In this document: one piece after another, positions 17,617 through 26,207 of the stretch
Position numbering within the stretch: the stretch's first letter is position 1
Layout: every line of letters starts with the position of its first letter
Virus record (IMG/VR): IMGVR_UViG_3300036805_000138
Coordinates: 1-35,331 of that record
Strand: one strand, 5' to 3'
Length of the DNA stretch: 35,331 bases
Origin: a virus
Taxonomy: Duplodnaviria; Caudoviricetes
Position numbers and translations under genes: made by a program
Notes under the pieces: model-generated
What the model was told of the DNA's origin: nothing
The model's input: only the letters and a program-made list of their open reading frames with translations
Database searches by the model: none

Positions 17617-18399
17617 TTAGTTCACATCGGAATGTATGGCAATCGGGTTGGTCAGACCACCGGCAGGAGAGCCTAAGCCAGCTCGAAATGGCGCTGGCCC
17701 AATATAGCCAGTGTTATTCAACGCCCAGTTGGAGAAAAACGTATTGACTAAGTTGGTCTGCGTACCTAATGCCTGCCCCAATAGGTACTGAGTCGCTGGC
17801 GGTGCGCCATAGGTAGCACCGGTCTGAGTCACTGTCTCAGTGTAGCTAGAGATATCGATATCTGTGTCGGGATAAGCGTAAAGAAACAGATTCGATGATC
17901 CGGTGGTAGCGCCCATGATGACATGAAACTCTATCCGGTGCCACACATTGATGTCCAGCACTGTGGTCATGTTCACTTTGTTCGGTGTAGCAGCACTGTC
18001 CTGAATCTGTAATACAAGAGAGCTGACATTTAGCCAGACACTCGCGGCCACACCCGATGCATTAGCTATTGCAAACAGGCACAAATCATTAGTAGTCGGT
18101 GTTGCTGAAGTAAGATAAAAATAGAATCGTGTCCAGATCTCTGTTTGGTTTCCGACCGTTGTAAGCCACGCAACGTACGGCCTCGGACTGCCGCTAGTGA
18201 CAGCAACACCCATGATGTACTCAGCGGTGGGACGACTGTTGATATATCCATTAATTGCTAAGCTGCCGTATTGTAATTTAATGTTGCCACCAGTGCCGGT
18301 AGCATCAAACGGATTGTTACCAGAAACTTGTGCCGAGTTGGTAACTGTGATAGTAGCGCCATTTGGGCCGCCATCGAAGTTGTGCTGTACGGCCACCAT
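17617..18399 (-). CDS. minor tail protein, concanavalin/LamG-like beta-sandwich
   Basis: IWTRFYFY, NVWHRIEFHV motifs; position in the tail module. Confidence 0.55.
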   Translation of the reverse strand: MVAVQHNFDGGPNGATITVTNSAQVSGNNPFDATGTGGNIKLQYGSLAINGYINSRPTAEYIMGVAVTSGSPRPYVAWLTTVGNQTEIWTRFYFYLTSATPTTNDLCLFAIANASGVAASVWLNVSSLVLQIQDSAATPNKVNMTTVLDINVWHRIEFHVIMGATTGSSNLFLYAYPDTDIDISSYTETVTQTGATYGAPPATQYLLGQALGTQTNLVNTFFSNWALNNTGYIGPAPFRAGLGSPAGGLTNPIAIHSDVN

Positions 18400-18848
18400 T
18401 ACTGCTCGATGTAAAGGTTGATACGCACAGGAGACGCTAATGACGAAGTAGCTCGAAGTGCGCGCAGCACAGAGATTGGTTGATACAGTTCACGGCCGAA
18501 TGGCCAGATAATCGAGTACATGCCAGGTAACGGAATGGTGTATGTCGGGAGCGTACCTGCTGCGAAGCTGGTTGGCTCAACAGTGTCATTGATCTTCACC
18601 GTTCCGAGTACAGCCGCGACACTCTGATCTGTACCTGCTTTCTGCGCTGTCACAGTAGTACCCGTGCCAGTAACAGTGTACGTGCCCCACTCAATAACCA
18701 AAGTACCAGCAGCGGTAGCACCACTAGTAATTTCCAAAGCATAGACAACAAACGGCATCGTTGACGCGCTCGGAATCTCGATCAATGTTTTAGCAGTAGC
18801 TGCCACCATGGTAGCCGAACCAGTGGTGATGACATACTGAATCGCCAT
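18399..18848 (-). CDS. minor tail/structural protein
   Basis: TGATG coupling and SD GGAGG at 18848; Thr-rich beta composition. Confidence 0.6.
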   Translation of the reverse strand: MAIQYVITTGSATMVAATAKTLIEIPSASTMPFVVYALEITSGATAAGTLVIEWGTYTVTGTGTTVTAQKAGTDQSVAAVLGTVKINDTVEPTSFAAGTLPTYTIPLPGMYSIIWPFGRELYQPISVLRALRATSSLASPVRINLYIEQ

Positions 18849-19063
18849 CAGCCAACCTCCCCGCACTGGTGAACCACGGGGCCGTCAGCACCTGCGATCA
18901 TGCGCAGCCCGATCACCATGCCATCATTGATCGTTTCGTGAATGTGGATTCCCGAAGGCACATGCGTGCCACAGCCAGTGCAGGTGTAGTCAACGCCGGC
19001 ATGCTGCACGAGAGGCGTGTCTGTGATTTGGATCGGAACAGGAAACGGCTTGAATTTACTCAC
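18848..19063 (-). CDS. 71-aa CxxC protein (MSKFKPFPVP...)
   Basis: GTG overlapping the upstream stop; CTGC...HQC. Confidence 0.5.
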   Translation of the reverse strand: MSKFKPFPVPIQITDTPLVQHAGVDYTCTGCGTHVPSGIHIHETINDGMVIGLRMIAGADGPVVHQCGEVG

Positions 19064-19595
19064 CAGGCAACAGCCCCGCCACCGCACTGAACACACTGTT
19101 AACCGTGAACACCAGGTTAGAATCGGTCTCCTGCTTCTGTGCTGTGCCAGTTGCGGCACCGACACCATTGCCAGCCCACGGGATAGAGAACGTTGTCGCA
19201 GTCAAGTTCGTCACCGCCCAGGTGCCGTTAGCATTGGTGTTGACCAGGTGATTGAGGATCTCCACGACATCGCCGTTAACGTAGCCATGTGATGCCGACG
19301 TAGTGATGACAATAGGATTAGCGTTCGTCGATGACGCGATACTCAACGGAGAGAACCAGCTCAACGCACTGCTAGGATCAGCGGCGACTGATGAAGTGAA
19401 TGAAGTAAGCACGCCATCAGGACTGGTAAGAATACGTGTAGCCAGCTGCCGACGCTTCACCCACGCGTTAGTCGTCAGCGTGCCCTGAACTTCGGTAGAG
19501 ACATTGATAGCAGCACGCATCATCGCCGCACGAACACGACTAACAAATGATGTATCGGCGACGAGCTGAGCACCTTGGCCCAATGTTAGTGCCAT
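19056..19595 (-). CDS. minor tail protein with E1-FCCH-like beta-barrel insert
   Basis: IASSTNANPIVITT...HGYVNGDVVEI...NANGTWAVT...TTFSI. Confidence 0.6.
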   Translation of the reverse strand: MALTLGQGAQLVADTSFVSRVRAAMMRAAINVSTEVQGTLTTNAWVKRRQLATRILTSPDGVLTSFTSSVAADPSSALSWFSPLSIASSTNANPIVITTSASHGYVNGDVVEILNHLVNTNANGTWAVTNLTATTFSIPWAGNGVGAATGTAQKQETDSNLVFTVNSVFSAVAGLLPGE

Positions 19596-19637
19596 TCAGC
19601 AACCTTCCTAGAATAGCTTCAAAGCTTGTTGCAAGTA

Positions 19638-20024
19638 TTATGCAGCTAGCGGAGTGTAGCTGAGGGTAATTGTAGTAAAGTTAAGAGTGCTGCCGTTTAT
19701 CACTGCCTGAGAAGAAGTGAGCGCAGCGCTTTGCAAAAAGTTGCCAGCCGTAGCGGCATCCCAGAAGCTAACGTATGCGATCGTCTCTGTAGCAGTCATA
19801 GAATAACCTGATATTGACGCTAGTGGCATCGATCCCGATGCTATCGTTCCCCACGTAATCGGGTTTCTCGTGGTCACAGCACTAGCATTAGAAGTACCCG
19901 CCGCGCCAGGGTCTCCAGCGTTAGTGTGGAGCTTCATATAAACTGTAGTAATAGCCGTCCATGTTGTAGCCTTATAGACTCCGAGTATCGATGCTGCTGT
20001 TGCTGCAGCCAGTCCTGTGGCCAT
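19638..20024 (-). CDS. small tail-fibre-associated protein
   Basis: YMKLHT..GDPG.AG...ETI.YVSFWDAATAGNFL motif typical of actinophage tail genes. Confidence 0.7.
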   Translation of the reverse strand: MATGLAAATAASILGVYKATTWTAITTVYMKLHTNAGDPGAAGTSNASAVTTRNPITWGTIASGSMPLASISGYSMTATETIAYVSFWDAATAGNFLQSAALTSSQAVINGSTLNFTTITLSYTPLAA

Positions 20025-20149
20025 CAGTCATCATCCTTCGGTGGGATCGGTAAACCGTCATCATCGAACGTCGTACCAGGAGGATGCGTGACAGTTGCGA
20101 CAACTTCTATCTGCAGCTCAGACTCAAACATCGCTGGTTCTTCAGACAT
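20024..20149 (-). CDS. 41-aa acidic peptide (MSEEPAMFES...PPKDDD)
   Basis: SD GGGAG; TGATG overlap with the next gene. Confidence 0.55.
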   Translation of the reverse strand: MSEEPAMFESELQIEVVATVTHPPGTTFDDDGLPIPPKDDD

Positions 20150-20157
20150 ACCACTCC

Positions 20158-20577
20158 CTAGTCATTATCAGCATCGAAAGACACCTCGAAGATCTCATCT
20201 ACTATTCGAGCGACATAACCCGTTACCGGATCGGTCAGCTCAGCCTGTATCAGCACCAGCGGACACCGCCAGGTTTCTGTCTGAGCCGGCGTGATGTGCA
20301 GCTGCACCTGGTCGATCGGCTGAGACGTCATGATGGCGTTCGTGCCGGCTGTCGCCACTCCGTCAGTACCCGTCGGTGTGGTATTCCAGGTAGCCACGAT
20401 AGGATCAAGCATCCGGTAATGGTAGATTCGGCGACCGAGTACCCGACGCTGATACCGGGCGCGAGCCACGCCAGTCACTTTGTAGCCGGTGACATTCATC
20501 TGCAGGCCGGTGCGCACGTCGATCAGGTTGCTGGCAATGATCCAGCAGTCGGTGCCTTGTCGAATGATGTCGGACAC
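20158..20577 (-). CDS. minor tail protein (BppU N-terminal-like)
   Basis: IRQG...VQLHITPAQT..W...QAELTDP pattern. Confidence 0.55.
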   Translation of the reverse strand: MSDIIRQGTDCWIIASNLIDVRTGLQMNVTGYKVTGVARARYQRRVLGRRIYHYRMLDPIVATWNTTPTGTDGVATAGTNAIMTSQPIDQVQLHITPAQTETWRCPLVLIQAELTDPVTGYVARIVDEIFEVSFDADND

Positions 20578-21086
20578 TAGAAGTCCCCGATTATAGTCGA
20601 AGGGCCTAGATTTGTGACGGTAATGGCAGTTGGTACTATAGCGTTAGCATTGCCTGTACCAGCAATACGAACGATAGATCCAGCGAAGTAATCCAACTCT
20701 GCAGCAGTTGTCTTGTAAAGTAGTGATACATGCCCATGATTAGGTTGTGGTGAAACGTAAACACCGAAAGCCGCTGCTTCACCAATAATAGTGCCCGATA
20801 CGCTGGTGAGCCTTACTCGCATAGTGATGTCAGTAGCCGCTACTGTGACAGTGAAAGCACAATAGAAATCTATCTGAAAAACACTGTTAGCAGCGAGTGA
20901 GAGCGTCTGAGTGTCACAGACGATTGACTCAATAGTGTTGACAGCTGAACTGATACCAGTACGGCGTTTACCTCCGAGAATGCCGAGAGCATCGACACCA
21001 TTAGCTAGGTTTTGTATCGCTAGTGGACCGTTCGGAGCGTCTGAGAGAGCTGGATAGGGCAGTGCTAGTTTAGACGTGTTCGGCAT
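20577..21086 (-). CDS. minor tail protein
   Basis: N-terminal T..LALPYP..SD.PNGP.AIQNLA..VD motif common in actinophage fibres. Confidence 0.7.
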   Translation of the reverse strand: MPNTSKLALPYPALSDAPNGPLAIQNLANGVDALGILGGKRRTGISSAVNTIESIVCDTQTLSLAANSVFQIDFYCAFTVTVAATDITMRVRLTSVSGTIIGEAAAFGVYVSPQPNHGHVSLLYKTTAAELDYFAGSIVRIAGTGNANAIVPTAITVTNLGPSTIIGDF

Positions 21087-21095
21087 CTGCCCCTC

Positions 21096-21800
21096 TTAAA
21101 CAGCGTAGGTAACAGCATGTGGTAGAATTGCACAGCAAAGAGCCCCGACGATGTGCCAACATCTCGGGGCCATGACTCAACCTGAGAGAGCAGGTCAAGT
21201 AATGTCAGAGTATACCAGTGTCGAGCGTTGGCTACCAGTTACCAACTGGAAAGATATCTATGAGGTCAGTGACTACGGTCGCGTGCGCAGTCTAGACCGA
21301 TGGGTGCCTCAACGAAATAGAGGACCACGATTCTGGTCTGGCTGTATACTTGAGCAATACACCCTTGGAGAAGGATACAAAGCAGTAAAGCTACAGTTAT
21401 CAGGATTACGAATAAATCGATACGTACATTCACTCGTTCTCGAAGCATTTGTTAGCTCATGCCCAGTTGGACAAGAATGCCTGCACGGTCCAAACGGTCA
21501 ATTAGACAATACTTTAGCTAATCTATCCTATGGCACAAGAACTCAGAATATGCATGATAAGCGGCGTGATGGCACTAATTACAACAGCAATCGTGTTTAC
21601 TGTCCCCGAGAGCATAAACTAATAACACCTAATCTTGTTCAGTCCCACTTTCCCCGACGTACTTGTCTTGCGTGTCAACGAGTGCGATCTGCATTATACC
21701 AAAAAGGCTGGACTAAAGAAGACTTTAGACTGCGTAAAGATGAGTTTCAAGCAATCACAGACAGGTATTACGCACGTATCATGAGTTAGACAGCGTAGGT
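21096..21800. repeat. 15-bp direct repeat bracketing the HNH insertion
   Basis: TTAAACAGCGTAGGT (21096-21110) vs TTAGACAGCGTAGGT (21786-21800), 14/15 identical. Confidence 0.8.
21202..21789 (+). mobile_element. NUMOD4-HNH homing endonuclease, antisense to the tail operon
   Basis: ERWLPV...YEVSDYGRVRS (NUMOD4); VHSLVLEAF...CLH......DN...NL.YGT..QN (HNH); flanking direct repeat. Confidence 0.88.
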
Positions 21801-23033
21801 CAGCTGCAAATATGGGCGGTAGGATGCGCTGAAGCCATAGCCGCGGAAACCCGAAGCTGAGTCACTGAAGTTATACGAACCACCTAGTACTGAGTTAGCG
21901 TTGCTGTTAATGATATTTGCTATCTGCGACGAGATGTCAAAGCCGTTCCAACTGTTGACCTGCCATAGATTCTTGATGTCGTCACCACCGAACCCATTAT
22001 TCGGGAACGTACCAGCGATTGTTGCGGTCGTGCTCCATCGGTAGGTGAGGTCAGCTGGGATGCTGCTGCCAGCGAAGCAGTACAGAAACATCTGAGCGCT
22101 AAGGACAGTGGCACCGGCTAGATCAGAGCGCATCGTCGTTGCATCGAACGTCCACATGTGCGCTTCGTTGCCATTGCTACGTCCCGACAGCGACCAGGTG
22201 TAGAGGTTGTTGTCGCCGTCAGGTGTACTGATTGGTGAGCCCGAGCCGTTGTAGGAGCGGGAGCCGGTAGCGGGATAGACCTTGACAAACGTCTGCTCAC
22301 CCGATGCTGGCCCTAGCTCAGCTATCCGCATCCACGAGCCAGCCTGCAGTACTGCTGGCGTCGCGTTAGAGGTGTTCTGCCCGAAGCGGTACTGCAGCAG
22401 CCCGCCAGTGTCCGACGTAGCAAACCAAGCTTTCGGATGCTGTACTGCGGAGGTAGTCCAGCCGAAGGTCTCCTGTGAGGAGGCATCACCATAAGAAGTC
22501 ATCGTATCAAACAGCAAGTGAGTAAAGCTGGTGTCTTGAGTTCCCCAGTTAGACCACTTACACGTCATATTCGGAGGACCAGTCCACGCAAATTTGATAT
22601 CAGACGCACTCGTCGCGGCATAGAATATGCAGCCATCGACAGCATACTGCGTATTCTCATCGAGTAAGAAGTTCAACGTACCAGCGTCCTGCATAGCCGT
22701 ACTCGACACTGGCGTACTGACATCACTACGCAATGACCGGTAACGAATAGGGTCGATAAATGTGATGTTACTGGAGTTGCCGATATTGCCCATAATGATG
22801 TAGCCACCAGGAGCCTTGAGCAACAACACCGTTCCTAGCGTAAGACCGTTCGGTGCGCACACCGACAGATTGCGATAGGTAACCGGCCCTACAGTGACCG
22901 TGTTGGACAGCGACGTCGCATCCCACTGTGTTAACAATCCACCAGCGACATTCTGCGCCAAAGTCGGATCAGGAGGTACCGAGCTAGGAGTGATGAACAG
23001 TCGCGTCAAGCCGAATGCATCGGGGACAGTCAC
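21786..23033 (-). CDS. minor tail / receptor-binding protein
   Basis: 415 aa, beta-rich, downstream of the hub gene; SD GGAGG. Confidence 0.7.
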   Translation of the reverse strand: MTVPDAFGLTRLFITPSSVPPDPTLAQNVAGGLLTQWDATSLSNTVTVGPVTYRNLSVCAPNGLTLGTVLLLKAPGGYIIMGNIGNSSNITFIDPIRYRSLRSDVSTPVSSTAMQDAGTLNFLLDENTQYAVDGCIFYAATSASDIKFAWTGPPNMTCKWSNWGTQDTSFTHLLFDTMTSYGDASSQETFGWTTSAVQHPKAWFATSDTGGLLQYRFGQNTSNATPAVLQAGSWMRIAELGPASGEQTFVKVYPATGSRSYNGSGSPISTPDGDNNLYTWSLSGRSNGNEAHMWTFDATTMRSDLAGATVLSAQMFLYCFAGSSIPADLTYRWSTTATIAGTFPNNGFGGDDIKNLWQVNSWNGFDISSQIANIINSNANSVLGGSYNFSDSASGFRGYGFSASYRPYLQLTYAV

Positions 23034-23044
23034 TACACCTCCGT

Positions 23045-23073
23045 TTGCACGACAGTGCAGTCTGTGGTATTAT
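23045..23073 (+). promoter_or_regulatory. conserved antisense promoter, copy 1
   Basis: TTGCAC-17 nt-TATTAT containing CAGTGCAGTCTGTGGTA. Confidence 0.75.
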
Positions 23074-23116
23074 AGTGATCACAATAATTAAGCACTATCT
23101 GAAAGGCAACTCACGC

Positions 23117-23875
23117 ATGTCTGTCTTGTGGACTACACTACTTGTGATTTTCTTTTTAGCCGCGATCTGTGCCCATGAAGCAGCACATGCACTAGCGCTT
23201 CGTAAATTAGGTTATCAAATTGTTGAAGCAGGACTTGGGCTCCCATTCCCGCCCCAATTAACTTTGCAGCCATCTAAACGAGTCCCATTTAAGCTAACAC
23301 TGTCACCATGGCTTCTCGGTGCTTACGTATCACCCGATCAAAAACAACAAAAAGAAATCGAAGCACTACCTTATCAAGACATTGCTTGGTATTCTGGCGC
23401 CGGAGTAGTTGCTAACTTTCTTATTGGTGGAGTCATGTGGGGATTTATTGACATTTACGAAAGTCACTGGCTTAAAGCAGCGATTGTGATTTTGTCAACA
23501 ATAGGTCTATGGTTCGGACGACGACAGTTCACAGCTTACATTCTACCCGTGCTCGCAATCCCTTTACTCTTTCTATTTGGGCACGCCCTTGCTACCACTG
23601 TAGGACAGCCTCAGGGTATCATCGGTCTAGGCGCAGAAATGGTTATGCCGAGTTGGTATGCTGCGTTTACATTTGCTTTCTCACTAACAATGGCTCTCGG
23701 AATACTAAATCTACTTCCGATATTCCCTTTTGATGGCGGTCGTATCACAAACGCAGCGATCATTCGTTTATTCGGAGAAAAATCAGCATCGTGGTTCCGC
23801 AACAGTACTGCCGTACTGGCCATGTGTCTTCTTGTTTATTCTGTAGTGGCTGACTTCGTTTGGCTCGCTCACTGA
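23117..23875 (+). CDS. site-2 protease (peptidase M50) membrane metalloprotease
   Basis: HEAAH, AG...NF, NLLPIFPFDGG; SD GAAAGG; AT-rich. Confidence 0.88.
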   Translation: MSVLWTTLLVIFFLAAICAHEAAHALALRKLGYQIVEAGLGLPFPPQLTLQPSKRVPFKLTLSPWLLGAYVSPDQKQQKEIEALPYQDIAWYSGAGVVANFLIGGVMWGFIDIYESHWLKAAIVILSTIGLWFGRRQFTAYILPVLAIPLLFLFGHALATTVGQPQGIIGLGAEMVMPSWYAAFTFAFSLTMALGILNLLPIFPFDGGRITNAAIIRLFGEKSASWFRNSTAVLAMCLLVYSVVADFVWLAH

Positions 23876-24234
23876 TCGACAACCACCGCAACAGCCAGCA
23901 CCCGGTAGGTCAGCGAGCCATCACCGGTCACTGTTGAAGTCATCCGAGACAGCTCCGTGACCGGCAGCGGTGCGTTGGCCACCGCACTGCCGACTGCTGA
24001 CATCGGTGCGATGTGACTGCCCAGTACCGGAGCCCAGATCGTGCCGTCTGGTGAGGTCTCCATCGACACGTCCAGCGTGGCACTGCCAGTGACCGCGGTG
24101 ATGCACACCCACAGTTCGATGTCGGCGATCGGCAGCTCCACGAAGCTGGCTGAAGTGTAGGTGCCGGCAGACCGAGGCGCCAGCGGCAGCAGCAGCGTAT
24201 CGAGCGGGACGTTGATGCCAGGCGGCAGCGGCAC
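23869..24234 (-). CDS. virion structural protein, paralog of 34898..35260
   Basis: Shared DT......R.AGTY.S, LWV...AV.G..TLDV...TSPDG..W, M.A.GSA..NA. Confidence 0.75.
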   Translation of the reverse strand: MPLPPGINVPLDTLLLPLAPRSAGTYTSASFVELPIADIELWVCITAVTGSATLDVSMETSPDGTIWAPVLGSHIAPMSAVGSAVANAPLPVTELSRMTSTVTGDGSLTYRVLAVAVVVDQ

Positions 24235-24250
24235 GCAACCTCCTCTTCGA

Positions 24251-25450
24251 TTAAAGAATCCCCAGCCCCAACGACAGACCTTCAGTAGCAGTCGGGATGC
24301 GCGTCGTAATCGTGCCGAGCTGGTTAGCCACGAGTGGGATCATGATGGTGTCCAGCATGCAGCGCTGCAGCGGGAAGCCAGGGCGCACGCTGACATCGAG
24401 CGGATCGTTGCACTCCAGTGCCGGGTTGCAAATGGTCGAGATGGTGAACGTCTCTGGCAACGCGATGTAGCGCCGTAATAGCACCTCGCCAGCCAGCTCG
24501 ACATCAGCGTCTACCTGTAGCAGTGGTGAGCTATAGTAAGTCGGGCTAGGGCCGAACTGAGGGAATGTCTTTTTGTTCCATGCTAGTGGGCTGTTCGGAT
24601 CGGCATTAAAAGTGACGATGAAATCTGTGATGCTCGACGGGTCCGATCCATATGCTGTCACGATGTTGTGCACGTCAGTGCGCTTGACAACGCGTTTGAT
24701 AGAGGAGATCGCACCACCACTACCGCCTTGTAGAGTAGCAACAGGATGGCTGAAATCGAACTTCAGAGAATAGACAATCATCTCGCCAGCATTGTTAAAC
24801 CGAATAGCCGCATAGTAGAACTTGATGAGCTGCGCCAGATAAGCATAAGCGTCATCTTCGACTATCTGGTCACCGATGATAGTAGTCGCATCGGGATCAT
24901 ATCCTGACCAGTAGATCGGTACCCGAGCGTCAAGATACATCCCGTAACCATCGGGAGACAGGCCAGGATACGTGGCTTGCTGCGGTATGGCTATCCCGTT
25001 GACGAGCCGCTGGAAGACGTTGCGGTGTGAGTCTCCATTGTTGAGGGGTAAAGGGAAAACCAATTTATTTTGCTGTAATTGGGCGATGCGGTCGAGGGCG
25101 GTGATGACAATGGGGCCGTATGGAGCGTCATCTTGACTAGCTTGCTCGATGCGGTGGTATCCGAGAGGCACGTACTCACGGTCTCCATTAGCGAACTCGA
25201 TACCGCGCTCAATGTAGATCTCCTGTCCGAACGGCTGCACCTGGTCCCAGTATGCTCCTGGGATCGTGATCGTCAGGGTACTCTTGATGTCGGACAGTGA
25301 CTGGATAGTCACATTGCCAGAGATCACCGGCACCTCTGTGCCAGTCGGGTTCGTCCCGAACTGCGGCACCGGATTGCATAGAACAGCCCGTACTGCGATC
25401 TTGTGCGGTCCCTGCAAAGCACTGAGGAACCGTGACGAGACCGAATGCAC
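24251..25450 (-). CDS. DUF5047-family minor tail (baseplate hub/Tal-like) protein
   Basis: VSSRFL.AL...H, PFGQEIYIERG.......EYVPLG..RI, FG..P.YYSSPLL, NPALE..D. Confidence 0.8.
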   Translation of the reverse strand: MHSVSSRFLSALQGPHKIAVRAVLCNPVPQFGTNPTGTEVPVISGNVTIQSLSDIKSTLTITIPGAYWDQVQPFGQEIYIERGIEFANGDREYVPLGYHRIEQASQDDAPYGPIVITALDRIAQLQQNKLVFPLPLNNGDSHRNVFQRLVNGIAIPQQATYPGLSPDGYGMYLDARVPIYWSGYDPDATTIIGDQIVEDDAYAYLAQLIKFYYAAIRFNNAGEMIVYSLKFDFSHPVATLQGGSGGAISSIKRVVKRTDVHNIVTAYGSDPSSITDFIVTFNADPNSPLAWNKKTFPQFGPSPTYYSSPLLQVDADVELAGEVLLRRYIALPETFTISTICNPALECNDPLDVSVRPGFPLQRCMLDTIMIPLVANQLGTITTRIPTATEGLSLGLGIL

Positions 25451-25462
25451 TATACTAACTTA

Positions 25463-25606
25463 ATGGTTTGGTGCGGACCTCTTGATTTCACCAGTAACCC
25501 ATACATCGTTGACTGCCCCTGTCGTCGTTGTCAACGTGGCAAACGCTGCAAAGTAATGGCAATGTGGATTGAGAGATATGAGCTTTATCAAGTGCTTACT
25601 AAATGA
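25463..25606 (+). CDS. 47-aa Cys-rich protein (MVWCGPLDF...CPCRRC...C), leaderless, absent from ORF track
   Basis: TATACT at 25451-25456, ATG 6 nt downstream; ends in an ATGA overlap. Confidence 0.55.
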   Translation: MVWCGPLDFTSNPYIVDCPCRRCQRGKRCKVMAMWIERYELYQVLTK

Positions 25607-25642
25607 AGATAAAGAATGGTTACATCAGCATGGTTGGAGTGG

Positions 25643-25843
25643 TTAAAGTCTCAGCCACGCCGGGTCAGGGTTACTGCAGGCCGAGCCGTCCTTGTGCTGC
25701 GGGTGCTGCCACTCGGTACACTGGCGACAACACATGGTTTTCGGAGGCTCGCAGATCGAACCATGTGCTGAGCAGCACAGGCCAGCGTAGTTACCTGCTG
25801 GTAGCGACTGACGCAACTTCTCACGCTGCCATCGGTAAATCAC
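25643..25843 (-). CDS. 66-aa Cys/His-rich protein
   Basis: CCSAH...CEPP..MCC.QC.E..H; GTGA-coupled to the upstream gene. Confidence 0.5.
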   Translation of the reverse strand: MIYRWQREKLRQSLPAGNYAGLCCSAHGSICEPPKTMCCRQCTEWQHPQHKDGSACSNPDPAWLRL

Positions 25844-26184
25844 AATGATTTCCTCACAATGTAATCCCGGTGTGCGTGTTGTGCTTTCCTTAACTCAATA
25901 TCTGGATGATGCTCACCGACAATGCCATCAAAAACTACTACAGCAGCCATTATAGTGATAATAAGCCCAATACAGCCAATTGTGATTGATGCTGCAGCCC
26001 AGCCTGCTGTGTCTATATGCTGTAATGCACCCTCAAAACCTGTGTAAGCTCCTAAAGCAATAAAAGCTAAGAAAAACAATAAGAATGCAGCAAAGATACG
26101 CACCCAACGCTTGTACGCCCGTAGTGATGTTCGTGCGTCATCAAGTGCATCAAGTAAATGCTGCTCTTCCAATGGGTCATCCAT
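25840..26184 (-). CDS. two-TM membrane protein, AT-rich moron, probably leaderless
   Basis: TAGAAT 6 nt before the ATG, no SD. Confidence 0.7.
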   Translation of the reverse strand: MDDPLEEQHLLDALDDARTSLRAYKRWVRIFAAFLLFFLAFIALGAYTGFEGALQHIDTAGWAAASITIGCIGLIITIMAAVVVFDGIVGEHHPDIELRKAQHAHRDYIVRKSL

Positions 26185-26207
26185 GAAACTATTCTATCGT
26201 ACTGACA

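Noticed and set aside
25603-25848. 81-aa + strand ORF
   Set aside because: ATGA-coupled, but mostly antisense to the better-supported Cys-rich gene; left unannotated
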